Source: Podarcis filfolensis (lineage: Eukaryota). Taken from it: a DNA stretch of 64,000 nucleotides. The stretch is taken from assembly GCA_964270895.1 (NCBI GenBank), contig OZ185438.1; one strand, given 5' to 3'. The translations under genes and the position numbers were made by a program. Positions 37,125-50,708 of this stretch are shown piece by piece. Numbering within the stretch: position 1 is the first letter of the stretch; the number at the start of each line of letters is the position of its first letter. Below the pieces are notes generated by a model. The model did no database searches. It was not told the DNA's origin and saw nothing but the letters and a program-made list of their open reading frames with translations.

Positions 37125-37380
37125 CGATGAGATGGAAGCACTGGGAACCTTGGGAGGAAGTTATCATTTCCTCTTGGGTTTCACACTACACAGGTGAGGG
37201 AAAGCTGAGTGTAGTCAGACATGCGCTCTATACATTAAGAAGCCTGATTTCAAAAAGCTTAAGGAACTACTGGCTGAGATCCCATGGTCAGAAATACTCA
37301 AAGAGAAGGGAGTCCAAGATGGATGGGAGCTTCTTAAAGGTGAAATATCGAAGGGATAAATGCAGACAATTCCAACAAGA
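37125..37380 (+). mobile_element. Internal CR1 ORF2 fragment (end of endonuclease and linker)
   Basis: DEMEALGTLGGSYH...KPDFKKLKELLAEIPWSEILKEKGVQDGWELLKGEI is typical of CR1 ORF2. Confidence 0.75.
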
Positions 37381-37742
37381 TGACATTAATGTTGGGGACA
37401 GGTTTTAGAGAGAGCTAATATAGCATAGTCACAGCACAATCTAAATTCAAGATTCCCTGGGCTGAGAGAGTTTGGGTTTATCTGATCCTTGGGATTTCCT
37501 GGCCAAACCAGAGCTCAACCAGGGCTATGTCTGTATAAGTTCATCACACCATCTTAACTGAAGATACCCTGGTGTCAGTCCATCACCCTGACTCAGCCAA
37601 AGCTTAACCACTGGAACTTCAGCTTGAATAAGTTCACCAAGGGAGTGTGGTGGGGCTTTAGGAGAGCAAGGAAAGACTTGCACCTATTCCAGCTGTCTTT
37701 CAGCTCAGTTACATGATCTAGAATTTTAGTGGAACCTAGCCA

Positions 37743-38110
37743 GGGATACGGGTGGCACTGTGGTGTAAACAACTGAGCCTTGGGCTTGCCGATCGGAAGG
37801 TCGGTGGTTCAAATCCTCGCGACGGGGTGAGCTCCCGTTGCTCAGTCCCAGCTCCTGTCAACCTAACAGTTCGAAAGCATGCCAAAGTGCAAGTAGATAA
37901 ATAGGTACCGCTCTGGCGGGAAGGTAAACAGCGTTTCCGTGCACTGCTCTGGTTTCGCCAGAAGTGGCTTAGTCATGCTGGCCACATGGCCCGGAAAAAC
38001 TGTCTGCGGACAAACATCGGCTCCCTCGGCCAGTAAAGCGAGATGAGCGCCACAACCCCAGAGTCATTCACAACTGGACTTAGCTGTCAGGGGTCCTTTA
38101 CCTTTATCTT
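37743..38110 (+). mobile_element. Sauria SINE, copy 2
   Basis: Colinear with 26145-26534; ACCTTT tail; possible 7-bp TSD TAGCCAG. Confidence 0.92.
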
Positions 38111-38949
38111 TAGCCAGCAAAAAGGGTTATGTAAGTCAAATTCCTCCAAATACTTCCTGAACAGAGTTTGGAATGAATTGACTTAAGATGGCATAATTTG
38201 CAGCTATACAGCTGCAAATGAAACGTTTTAAGTGCAATATACAATGTGACACTCGATGGTTTATGGACAATTCAATGTATTTAAAAAAATGCTTAAAAAT
38301 AAAGTATTTTCAGAACTTTTTTTGATATGTGTGTAGATTCCACCCAAGCTTCTGTTTTGAATCTCACCTCTGCCTTTAGTTCACTAGGGGTGCTGGGCCT
38401 GCCCCTTTCTTTGCAATATGGAGAATAAGAAGAATCAATTTCTGCTATGAATTTCTTCCTATGAAGCCTCTTGAACAGGTAATAGTTTTTTTGGAAAGGG
38501 CCATAAGTGTGCCAGAAAGAAATAATAACAATCTCCATTACTGCTAAAACCACAGGAAGATTTATCAAAGATAGATGAGAAAGTGTTAGCAAACCTAACT
38601 CTTTAATAGATGTAAACACAGTGTTGCTGTTCTTTTAAAAAACACCCTAAACAGTTGAAGTCAAGTGCTGGTTGACAAAATGAAAGAGAATCAGTATGAT
38701 GAAATACCTCAACCTAAACATTTACTTACTGTCTGTTTGGTCTAGAAGTTTTGTGTTAGAATTTTATGGCATTTTCAGGGACATAGCAAATGATCCACAT
38801 AAGAATTTCTGCCAAATGGCACCAATTTGCCCACAAGGTTTCAGGCATCCTTGGCTTATTCTGAGTCAGGACCACACTAGGGAGAAAAGGGTTAATTCCC
38901 CCCTCCATACCGAATTTGTACTCTCTGAAGCAATATACAAACCACAATG

Positions 38950-39160
38950 CAGCTAAATTTTGAAACTCACACTTTTCTGAATTTTGCAAACATACACATA
39001 CTAGAGCTAAATGGGCATTACCTGTACAGTATATATTAATGAAATAACATACAAAAATGTGTTATATCAAGGAAAATTGATTTGCAAAAATGTTTATATC
39101 ATGTAAAATTGCATACAAATATGCACAAAGCAGAAGAAATTCATACTAATATGCTGGTTA

Positions 39161-39203
<43 letters not shown>

Positions 39204-39325
39204 AGAGAGAGCAAACAAACAGATATATATTGGAAGATTATATGCAGAAATTTGGAAGATTAAACTGATGACTGGAAAAATGAGAAACTGAAAGAAACCA
39301 AAATTGACAGATTCTCCCATTCCTA
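38950..39325 (+). mobile_element. Unclassified AT-rich squamate repeat with about 26-bp internal subrepeats (related pieces near 49215-49570 minus, 55830-56215, 57560-57650, 58500-58755)
   Basis: Recurring AAAATGTGTATATT..GGAGAAATT units and a shared end GAGAAACTGA..GAACC..AATTGACAGAT..TCC.TCCCT; contains a (GA)n tract at 39166-39211. Confidence 0.65.
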
Positions 39326-40535
39326 TGTGCTGCTTGAGCAAATAAACTTTGACCAAATTGAATCTGGAAGCTTTTAGCAGTATAATCTGAATTTAAATGT
39401 AGAAAAAACCCAAAGAATTAGAAGACTTGCAGTTTTTTAAAGAAAACAAAACATTTCCTTCAAGAAAGCTTACGTTTACCCTCCAAGTTCTCTTTTGGAG
39501 ATGGTTAATATTTTCCTAATATTTCCTAATATTTTCCATATGCATGTATATAATGCAACAGAAGTCAGCTTTGGCTTGGTGTTCCATATTATACAGTATT
39601 ATGTTTTCTTGTTTTCTTTGTACAACATACCTGAATCTATCACACTGCTTTCAGTTTAACACACATTTAATATTACTTTAGTAAATATTGGCATTAAAAC
39701 TATCTCAATTTTGTAAAGCACAAAGCTAGACTATATCTCTAGGTGTTCCAACCATAAAGCTTACGGTACTCTTTGCAAACTATTCAGTCATACTGTGTTA
39801 AGAATTCAATTCTTAAAGGGTCTATAAAGAAATTCTAGTATATTTTTATTCATGGTCCGTGGTCATCAAATACATTGTCATGACAGGTGGAAAAGTTTTG
39901 CGGCTTAAAAAGTGTGCCATTATATACAGGGAAAGGACCACCTATGGAGTTTGCATTCCAGTTCATAGTAAATAAAAGCAAGTATAATGTAAATGGAAGA
40001 CCAAGTCGCTTATGACTAGATGCTTCTGGCACCCAAATGTTTGATGGGTGTTTTTCCATGTAAACAAAGAAGCTGCTCTTATGTTATATATTTGGTGTGA
40101 TATCACCAGTCTCGCCCAAGGCAGATCAGTAACTGTCTATCTTTCCCTCTGTTTTGGTTCTCATTACAGTATCTGCCTTTATCCACAATGAGGTGGGAGG
40201 AGATTATTTTGGCGGGAATTAGACAAACACAGGTGGAATCATAAAGTGCAGAGCCTGCGGCAAAACATCTGCCATGAGTGCTCTACTGTTCTATTCTTGA
40301 CTGTTGCTCTTGGAACCTGTAGCAATTCACTCAATGTCACTGAAGAAGGCATAGCCATGCCTGGATGGTATTTAATGTCTTTTGCATGGTAGTTGGGCAG
40401 ATGAATATCCGTATTTTGAGAAGCACTAATATACGGGCAGAAATGTTGTTAGCAGCTGTGACACAACCTGATCCCCCAATGCATTAGGCTGGCAAATGAG
40501 GGTTAACAAATGGGGTACAATGTCAAGACTCATGT

Positions 40536-40834
40536 TGTTAGGATGCTGAAGCAAGTGGGGTGGTTCTCTCTTAGGCTGTTTTTGCTGGTTGAATCAGTTT
40601 CCCACCCATGTCTGCCAACCACCCGTCCACCAGTGCAGACATCCTCTTTCCACCCAATGAACATGTTGGAAAGTTGAAGGCCCACCAGTCGTAGCCCCAC
40701 CGGCAAAGCCCAGCTAACAGTCCTGAAATCAGGTGTCCTGAGTGCAGGGACTGAGCCAGTCTGGGAACCACAGGACCTTGAGTCGTTTTCACAGCTGTCA
40801 CAAGCCAGCATCTGGCCTGATCTGGGTCCAAACA
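40536..40834. mobile_element. Possible small solo-LTR-like element
   Basis: TGTT...AACA ends with a candidate 6-bp TSD TCATGT/TTATGT. Confidence 0.4.
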
Positions 40835-41172
40835 TTATGTCATTCTACCTGCCTTCTACCTCCCACTGCTATGGTTGGTTGAGCTGTGGATGCTCTGTCT
40901 CTCTGTAGAGCTGCCGCAGTGGCAGAAGTAGATTTGTTCTCTTAGCAATGGGGGTATATATTTTCCTATCCACCAATTTAGGGTAAGTTCAAAGCAGCAC
41001 AGCTGAGCTGCCTTGGTTATAAGAATGTTCCATCTCCCCCTGCACCATTTTAGACTGAGAGATTTTGTTTGCCTCAGTGATGGCATCAGGTACTCAACTC
41101 TGATTGGTTACCTGGTGTGACAATATTTACTAGATGATCTCTTATTGGCTGTGATCACTTAGGCATGTGATG

Positions 41173-41409
41173 TGTCAGGAGCTGCTGGAGCCAAGATGAG
41201 CTATCAGAAGTGCAGCTTGGCTCTGATTGCCCCTACCCATTTAGACTGGTCTTTGGGCACTCCTGGAGATGAAGGGCTATAAAAAGCTTCCTGTTTGGGC
41301 TGGGACCTTGTGCGTTCCTTGGCTGTGACTCCTGGCTTTGTTCCTCAGCTCTGAGTCCTGGCTTGATCCCTCAACTCCAACTGGCTCAACTTCTGGATCA
41401 CCACTGACA
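41173..41409 (+). mobile_element. Short LTR-like element
   Basis: TGTCAG...CTGACA inverted ends, TATAAAA at 41278-41284, candidate TSD GATG/GCTG. Confidence 0.45.
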
Positions 41410-41808
41410 GCTGCCTGTAGCTCAGCCATGATGTGAAAAGAATCCGAGGAGGAAATATAGTCTGAAGCAGGAGAAAAGAAGAAAACAAGAGCTTCAAATT
41501 GCTGTGAAGAGAAAAAACAAACAAACAGGCAATGGTAAGAGTCGCTAGGAGCAGATTCAATGCCTCCCCATAGTTCACTCTGTGCACACGTGATAGTTAA
41601 GATGCTGTAATATGATACAGTGGAGGCAGCCTTTTCTCCAATGCACAGAGAAATGTTAGAATGGCTTTTCAACTGACAACATACCAGGTTTCTTGCAAAA
41701 GATGCCACAGTAGTTACATTGGTATTCAAGGCTATTTCAGCAGCTTTACCTAGCAGTAGAGTCCAGCTGTCAGACCCCTTTGTATCAATTGCATGGTGGG
41801 AGAAAGTT

Positions 41809-42035
41809 ACAGATAGGTAGCCGTGTTGGTCTGCCATAGTCAAAACAAAAAAATTTTTTTTCCTTCCAGTAGCACCTTAAAGACCAACTAAGTTAGTTCT
41901 TGGTATGAGCTTTCGTGTGCATGCATTTCGTGTGTATCTGAAGAAGTGTGCATGCACACGAAAGCTCATACCAAGAACTAACTTAGTTGGTCTTTAAGGT
42001 GCTACTGGAAGGAATTTTTTTTTTGTTTTGTTTTG
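41809..42035. mobile_element. Penelope-like element remnant (inverted pLTR pair)
   Basis: Penelope-type pLTR sequence (CTGAAGAAGTG...GAAAGCTCATACC...TCTTTAAGGTGCTACTGG); perfect 66-bp inverted repeat at 41860-41925 / 41949-42014; 16-bp TSD ATGGTGGGAGAAAGTT at 41793-41808 and 42036-42051. Confidence 0.88.
41934..41971 (+). ncRNA. Minimal type I hammerhead ribozyme motif
   Basis: GUAU-CUGAAGA-A-GUGUGCAUGCACAC-GAAA-GC-UC-AUAC: stem I GUAU/AUAC, conserved CUGAnGA and GAAA core, palindromic stem II, palindromic AGCU mini stem III, predicted cleavage after C41967. Confidence 0.7.
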
Positions 42036-44340
42036 ATGGTGGGAGAAAGTTCTTGGATGGGCCTGTCTAAATAACTGGGGTAGGGAACTGGCCCTGTCAA
42101 TGTTCTAGGACTACAACTCCCATCTTCCTTCACCAGTAGCCATGTTGGCTGGGGCTGATGGGAGCTGGGAGTCCAGCAACAGCTGAGTGGGGCAGTGGCA
42201 TTTTCACAGGTGCTATATTCTATTTACAAGTATACCCTAGGTCCAATATCAACTTACAGTATCTTCTCATTAGTACCTTCACAGCAATATCAACCAATCT
42301 CTTTATTTGTAGAGTATTTCATTAATTCTGTAGTAAAATAACATCGATCAATTCCAACAAAACCTGTGGAGTATCACATATAAAAACTTTTTTTTTTTAA
42401 AGGTTCAATTTAAGTGGGTATATGCCTTCAGCCCTACTCCTTGGGCCAAATGAGATGATATGTAAAATACTTATTTGCATTGCACTTTTAAAAACAAAGA
42501 ATGCAGCACTGGGACTGCTGCATGAGGAGAAAATGTTATTTCCTATGCCTACCAACTGTGATCTCGGTCCTTATGGATATTTTTTAAAAAGCTAAATAAT
42601 GTGTCCATGCGTTCTATGTATTGTCTTCGCTGCCTCTTTAATACACCCTTTCCTGGAGAGTTACTATAATTTTTATGCTGCTACAGGGAGCATAAGAACA
42701 CAGTGTTAAACCTATTGCTTTTCCAGAAAAAGAAACCAGGGCAAATGAGAATCTGAGGTAAAATAAATGTAAAAATATTGCTATAATTAATAGCTCTGCA
42801 CCTGCCTGGTCAATCTCTCTGTGTGCTGGTGGTCTAGAGCAAGCCATCTCATAGTATAAATAAGGAAAACTGATAAGGTCCCTGTTCACACAAAGAAACA
42901 GATTATGTGTGAGTGCAAAAACAAATACACCATTAACAGATGGTTTGCACATTTCATAGGGACCTCAGACGTTATTAGCTTGGAATAGAATGCTTGCAAC
43001 TGGGTGAGTAAGATCTGTAGAAGTCAAGGTGGGACAAAGAGAGTTGGTCAGGGAGCAATATGGAAAAGCTAACTGCCACTCCATCATGACCTTGAATTCT
43101 GTCCCTTCATCACAGCCTCTATTCTTTCCCTTCAAACGTTCTTCCGGAGGATTTCAAACTTTGCTCTTCCTGTCTGAGATGGAAGAGGCACTCCCTCGAG
43201 GCAATGATGTTCATGGTGATGATCATTTTACCCCACTCATCTGACAGAATTCCATGGGTTCCACTTCACCATTTTTTTGTGCGCAGCTATCTTGTGTGCT
43301 GACGGGAGAACGGGTTCTTTGATTCTTTCCACCATGGCCTTCTCTGGACCTCCTCCATCAGTAAAAACCCTTTGCACAGTTGTGGCATTTCTTGAAATCA
43401 GAAGGGTGGTGTATATCACAGAAATCTATTTGGGAGCCATTTTGAATAGTTGTGATGAAGTTGTGGCACCATCCACACTCAAACCTCTTTCACTTGCACA
43501 GCATCACTGTACTGGAATCCTTTGCACATGGGGTTGCCACTCCTGAGCACACAGCATGGGATATAATGCCCCATCTCCCTTCTTTATAACACCATTCCAT
43601 TCTCATTTGCTTTTGTAGGCTTTTATACTGTTTTATTGATTTTAGGCTGCAACTTTGTTTTAATGGATACTGTTTTTTGTATTGTACATAGTGTATGTAC
43701 TCTCTGTGTAGAGAGTCTCTAAAAAGATATTAAGTGCTTTAGGAACACTTTTGAATAAATTAATGCACACATAAATAAATACCTGTCACTGCAAAGTACA
43801 ATAATTGTAGATCTCTTATGTGACCATCTTTCTTTATCAGAGAACATGGGAAGGCAGGCACAACTGACTGCCATTTCAATGTCTGTATTGCTTTCGGAGG
43901 AGCACCGGTGCTATATTATCTGCACCATATTGCTCATCTTTATACAGTCATGCTTCATCATGGAATAGTCCCTCTATTGACTGACCAAATATAGATACAC
44001 ACACTCAAAATACTACATTTTAATGATTCTCTTGAATGTTTCCCACCAGAAATTAGAGAGAGATGTATATTGTATGGAGGGAGACTAGGCGGTCATCAGA
44101 AATGATGGAAGACAGGGGTAGAGACTCATTCATCCAGGGGTGGAGCTCTTACCATACTGAGTCAGATCTTCCTTAGTATTTGGTCAGCAACAATGGTCAT
44201 TCAGATGTTGTGGGAAAGCTTATAGGACGATGAAGAGAGCCCATCCTTGGCACCAAGTACCCATACAATCTGTAACATGAGGGCTTATTTCCTAGATATC
44301 ACAGTAAATAGACATAGATCTTTCCCTAGATATGCTACAG

Positions 44341-44583
44341 CATGGGTAGGCAAACTGAGGCCCAGGGGCCGGATCTGGCCCAATCGCCTTCTAAATCCGG
44401 CCTGCAGACGGTCCGAGAATCAGGGTGTTTTTACATGAGTAGAATGTGTCCTTTTATTTAAAATGCATCTCTGGGTTATTTGTGGGGCAAAGGAATTTGT
44501 TCTCCCCCCCCCTTCAAAATATAGTCCACAAGGTCTGAGGGACAGTGGACCAGACCCCTGCTGGAAAAGTTTGCTGACCCCTG
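44341..44583 (+). mobile_element. hAT MITE with asymmetric TIRs
   Basis: CATGGGTAGGCAAACT / AGTTTGCTGACCCCTG; 8-bp TSD TGCTACAG/CGCTACAG. Confidence 0.85.
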
Positions 44584-47500
44584 CGCTACAGCGACACATT
44601 GGTAAGCATGAAAGATGTTCTTGTCTAGTAATAACATGGCAGAGGGAAATCTAGAAATTTGCTGCATGTGTTATGTACACTGCACTCTTGGTCCTGGTCC
44701 CACTATCATGCAGACCACAGATTGAAAACGGGTGGCTTTTCAGTTGTGATTGGACCACGGGTCCCATCACCACTAACCATTGGCCATACTGACTAGGTAT
44801 AGAATCCCATAACATCTGGAGGGCCACAGGTTCCTCACACTTAATGCAGGTGTCTGTGGAATCCGTGAGGATTGAGAATGGTCACTGCAGCCATCAGATG
44901 GATTGCATGAGTGCATATTATTCACAAAACAATTGGATGTAGTAGACACAACCTTGATTTCCCTTTCATCCTTAACAGAGATGATGATGGTAGAACGCTT
45001 CATTGGGAAAGATGACGTTCCATCAGTGTTCTTTTTCGCACATCTTCAAGAATGTCTGGAAAATATCTGAAAGCTTTGAAAGAGATATTTTAATGGAAAA
45101 ATGGATGCAACAAACTGCCCGCCACCACATTATATGAATTGTTGAGAAAATGCATGTTTGAACAGCTGCAATATAAAACCTATTATATTCCTCAGGCTAT
45201 TTTAATAAAAGATCTGCTATAATTAACATTCAAAGAATCACATATGAAGGAGGAAGAAAAACGAGCTTGCCAGGATTCTTTTTCAAAATATCTTACTCTG
45301 GTGAGATAGCCTTGGTGCAGGGTCCTAATGTGGTGGTTGGTAATGTAAGCCAAGGAAAAAAGTCATCTGAAAACCACAACCACTGGAAACATAAAAGCTG
45401 CTGAATCGAATGGACAGAAAGCTGATGTGGGCACGTTTCTGAAGGTTACAGCTATTGCCTTCAACAAAATATTGAAGAAGAAAAACTCCCCACACAGATG
45501 GCAATGTAAATTATGAAGAAATGGCTTATACCATACTTGTTCTTTGATTTAAGCAAAAGGCGTGGCACTGCCTGAAATAAGTAAGATTCAAGTTAATCAC
45601 TCAAGCCGGCTGGAATACAATGTCCAAACTGGGCATGATGCTGAATGTACCTTCGCATTTAAAGTGCTTTATTTAATGGGGGGGGGACATACAAATAGCA
45701 TCTGCTGGGGTGGTGGTTGTGAACTGCCCTGAGATCTATTGGTATAGGGTGGTATACAAATTTAATAAATAAAAATAAATAAAAAATAATTACCAGGGCT
45801 GCAGCAGGCAATGTAAGGGGGAATTTAACCTTTTCCTCCCCTGCTGAGACTCTGAGGAAAAGCCATCCTCTAAAGCTGTTGTTTCCATTGAGAAGAAATC
45901 CTCCATTGATACCTATGAAGCTACTATATGTAGGGAAGGAAACTTCCCCCTTCCATGCCCACTGCACTACCTCTATCAGCCCCTCATCCAGTGGTTGCTA
46001 TTTGCATTAAATGCAAAGAAACATCTGACATCACATCTAATTTGGCCCTTTGCTAATGGAATAATCATAAACACAAAACAATAAATGTGTTCCCCAGGAA
46101 GATTCATTGTCTTACCACAAAAAAAAAAAAAATCAAAAAAATCTGCTGTTCATGTGTCCTCATAATCCTGCCATCAGTTGCTGCATTTGCTTATGGCAAT
46201 ATTTCAGTATGAAATATGAAATATGCCATATTTCAGTTGTCAATAATTTGTTTAAACATATCCACTGTTGCAACAAGGAAATGCTACAGAGAGAATCAAA
46301 TTATATGAGTTTTCTTTTATGTATGTTGTCTTACTGTGAACGGAAGCAAGAGGCCAGGCACATTTCCATGAGGTGCACTTCGAGTTATGTATGCTTTAGA
46401 CTTCACAAAAGGGTGAAATGGTAATTGGGATAATACGCTTGATTACAGTTTTTTATTAGCAGCTCACAGAACTACATGTCTATCCATGCTTATCCAGATG
46501 TAATCAAATTCTATGGGCAAATTACCACTCAAACCATTAATAAATGGCTTTGAATTCTAAATTTGATCCAGACTTTTATTATTTTTATCATTGTCATCGT
46601 CATCATATTATTATTGCTTTTGAACAGTACAGTACAGATTTTCTTTTGTTCCCTTTCTTATCTGCTGCTTAGAGTTAGCCACTATTGCCCTCAAAAATCA
46701 AGTGCTTCAGTCAGCTGCCATAAACTAGGGTTATCTCCCAATACTGCATGCATAATTTCTCAAGGATGAAATGTATTTATCATCATACTGAGTCCGGTGG
46801 CTTCATATGCATTGCACAATCAGTGTGCAATGCCATAAGGAAGCATGCAAGGCCTGCCCAAGATAATGTCTCTTATTTTAAAAACATTTGAAACACTTAA
46901 CATTAAAAAGTATCTACGTGGCATACAATATAAAAAAAGAAGCAAAATATAAAACATCATATAAAATTCTATATACCAAAAGAAGCCAGGCCATTGGCTG
47001 GTCTAGCTGTCTATTGCTGCATAATCGATAGGAGTTTCTTAGCTCTTTCTAGAGATGCCAGGGAATTGAACCTGGCAAAGGGTGTGCTCAAACAATGAGC
47101 AACGCACAGCGTGTTCTCATGTGTTTTCTGGGGATATTCCTAATACAAAGAATCTAGCTGGTTTCCAGTGTGGCAGTATCAATGCAATTTGGCAGAGACA
47201 CAGATTTTATTGATGGTCACTTAAGATTGCCATTGTAGGTTCAGATCAGTACTTCTGCTTCTATATTCTAATTTGGCAGAGGCTGTTGCTCAGCAGATCT
47301 TTAAAAACAGGTAGACGATCATCTCAGCAATTTAAAAACATCCACAATGGATAACTAAAATGGAAGAAGATAATTCCTTAAAGCAGAAAAACTCAAAGGT
47401 TTTCTTAAAAATAAAAATAAAGGAAAGTTGATTATACGTGTTTCCTCTTCTTTAATGGCACAATATCATTACTGAATAAATTACATTTAATTGCCATCTT

Positions 47501-48495
47501 CAAAGCACAGTGTCTCAAAGACATTACAAAAAACAACAACCCCAAATCAAATGTTTTTTGTTCTCAGATGAGAACAAGGTCCAGGTTCTTCATACAGAGC
47601 TTGCTTCCAAATGGCTCTCTTTGCGGGTGGGGAATGCTCTTCATTATATAAGCTAAAGTGAAGACAGACCTGTGGCAAAAATTATTGTTGTTCTCCTTTC
47701 ATGCAATCAAGCTGTTGCACATCTGTTTCTTAATTCTTTGTAAACGATTTCATAAAAAAAGAAGAGGCAAGGAGACCAATACAATTCACCTCCTGCATTT
47801 TGACCCATTATCTTCTTCCCAGACATGCCCTTTGAATATGAGGTTTTGTTTTGTTTTGTTTTGGTCCCTTCTTTTTGCAGAGCTCTATTAATAATTTTTG
47901 GGAACACTGAAACCATCCCCCACCAAGCCATTTATGATATTCTTGGGATGGGGACATTTAACCTGCAGGATAACCTCGTGTTTAAGTCTACTTGTTTAAG
48001 ATGCCCCTCATTCACTAAACGACCCCTCCAATTGCTGCAATCATGCCACAATGAACTAGATAATATTTGTTCCAAGGCCATTATTTATCTGAGCTGCTTG
48101 GCTGACGGTCTTACATAAGCATCCCTCATTGCTTTCAGTTTGTTTCACATTGGGAAGGATTTTTATTGCAACTTTCACCAGCTGACAACTCTGGAAACCT
48201 CTCCTCATTTTCCACCATGATTTGCTTGCTTGAGTAACCTGAATACAGTCTGCACTCATTATATTCCCTGCTAGTGTAGGAACCTGGTGAAATATGATCT
48301 TGCTCTTCACTTCTGCCATTCGGTTTCATTGCTTGTAATGGATATGATTGGGGTTTAATTGTAAATATTAGGGTGAACTGAAGAGGCATAATGAATCTCT
48401 CAATTAGATTTGCAACATGTAGGTTACAATCCTGTACACAGTTTCATGGGGTTTAGCTCTGCTGAATTCAGAGGGACTTAAATTTTTGAGTAGGC

Positions 48496-49066
48496 CACAA
48501 CAGCAGCAAGAATACTCATCGCAAAGTATTGGAAGACACAAGATCTACCCACCCGGGAAGAATGGCAGACGAAAGTGATGGAATACATGGAATTGGCTGA
48601 GATGACTGGCAGAATCCGGGACCAAGGAGAAGAGTCGGTGGAAGAAGAGTGGAAAAAATTTAAAGTATATCTTCAAAAATATTGTAAAATTAAGGATTGT
48701 TAGAAAGATGTTGGAAAAAGAAAATTATATGGCTTTGGTAGAAATGATATATAAGGATTAAGTAAAAATGAATTGATGAAAGAGTGAATACAATACAATA
48801 TATTAAATCAAATTATTAAGATAAAAACAAGGTTGGAAGGATTTGCTGAAATAACAATTTGAATTAGAATACAAAAATGGGAGGTGTGAGGAGGTCAAGG
48901 AAATAAGTAAAGGAAGAAAGTTATGTAAAGGTTTAATCTGTTTTTTTTTGTTTTTTTGTTTTTTTGTTTTTTTTAATGATTGTACTTTTTCTGTCTTTTT
49001 TACTTTTTTCTTTTTTCTCTTTGTAATCTTCAAAATTCTGAATAAATATTATCTAAAAAAAATAAA
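48496..49066 (+). mobile_element. Short 5'-truncated L1-clade copy, same family as 20169-22105
   Basis: ATTAARILIAKYWKTQDLPTREEWQTKVMEYMELAEMTGRIRDQGEESVEEEWKKF; AATAAA tail; 17-bp TSD TAAATTTTTGAGTAGGC at 48479-48495 and 49067-49083. Confidence 0.93.
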
Positions 49067-49628
49067 TAAATTTTTGAGTAGGCATGTATAGGAATGCGCT
49101 GTCAGCCAATCAATCTGTCAAATTAATTAAATAAAACTTGTTTATCAAATCAAAAGTTGTGCCAATTAATAACAGCAGATTTTTTTACAGATTTTTTTTA
49201 ATACTACAAGTGCCTATAAAAACTACACATGCCAAATACCACCTCTGAAGAAGCATTGCCTTCTCCTCATTTAGTTCTCCTCCATTTCACTTTGCAATTT
49301 TTTTTAAAAATCTACAGGAAAATTGTATGCATTTCATCTTACATATACCTTTTGGCAGGCAGTTCTACCTAGTATACCAGGTAATTTTGCCTAATGTACA
49401 TATTTTTGCAAGCACACAAATGAATATAAGCACTTAAATATGCTTTGTACACATTTTTTGGCCGGAGAACTTTGTGGCATACTTCAGAGAACTGCAAACT
49501 TTGAGGAAGGCTGTCTTTTCATCCATGTATTATTGGTTTGAGAAATGCAAATTAGGAAGGTCTGCATTAAAATGTCAGCTTAACGAATCCCGCTCCCCGA
49601 ATCCCTATTTTGAATAAGTGCGTGCAAG

Positions 49629-49633
<5 letters not shown>

Positions 49634-49682
<49 letters not shown>
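49634..49682. repeat. (TA)n microsatellite
   Basis: Direct reading. Confidence 0.95.
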
Positions 49683-49684
<2 letters not shown>

Positions 49685-50166
49685 AAGCAAGCCTCGATGG
49701 CAAATTCATGGAGACAAGCTTCAAGATATTCAACACGCGGGTTCACAGTGACAACAGTTGAAAAGTGCAGGATATCTTCCCATCAGAGTTTGTACAGCTC
49801 TGTTTGCTAGTTAACACATGGTCTGTATAAATGTCTGAAGGGTCTCTGGCATACCCACGGACCTGGAAAGAATCTGATCCAAAGAGCAGAATTCAAACAC
49901 TGATTTTTTGGATATTGGAGTATTTGATCAGTGATCATGTTTCTGTCTAGCATGTCAGCTGAGCTGTGTCTCTTGTTTTTTCAGGGAATACTTTATCTTT
50001 TGCCAATGCAGACAGTCCAAACTTAGCTCTCTGATGCTTGTGATGGCTGTTTGTGTGCATGCAGAGAGAGCTGCCTATGACACTGTGCTCCTGTCATTCC
50101 ATTTTTCTCTTTGGCACAGGTAACTGCCTATCCATTTTGCTGTTCACGCAGGTAAAGACCACTCAG

Positions 50167-50398
50167 TCATAAGAACATAAGACAAGCCTGCTGAATGAAG
50201 CCAATGCACCCTGTTCTCACAGTGGCCAACCAGATGCCTGTGGGAAGCCTGCAAACAGAACATGTGCCCAACAGCACCTTGCCCACCTGTATTTCCTAGC
50301 CACTGTTATTTAGAGGCATAATGCCTCTAACAGCAGAGCTAAAACGTTGCCATCAAGGCTAATAGCCACTGCCAGCCTTATCCTCCATGAATTTGTCT
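50167..50398 (-). mobile_element. CR1 3'UTR fragment (related pieces near 10935-10990 and 16050-16190)
   Basis: Reverse complement of the CR1 3' region seen at 27703-28221 (CTGTTCTCACAGTGGCCAACCAGATGCC; CCTTATCCTCCATGAATTTGTCT). Confidence 0.7.
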
Positions 50399-50708
50399 CT
50401 AAACACAAACTAAATTAAATTTATTCCTCCTTCCTACTGGGGAGGGAATGTACTGCAGTCCTGATCCAGACTGAAGCCCCCACCTCCCCTTTTGGGTAAG
50501 AAAAAAGCTCCCACACAGCTGCATGCTATTTATTACATATAATTTATGTTGGGATGTGATTGGATGCTAGGAGAGGATATGCTTATTAGACATTATCCTT
50601 CCTTCCTCATGTTTATGAATTCAGCAGAGCACCATGCCTTCACAGCGTAATTGGGAAACTTAGATTGGCTAATTTCAACTGTTTAGTGTAAGTAATCCAG
50701 GATGCTTT

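Noticed and set aside
44900-45110. Possible hAT transposase fossil (FFAHLQECLENI*KL*KRYF)
   Set aside because: Too short and degenerate to support by eye.
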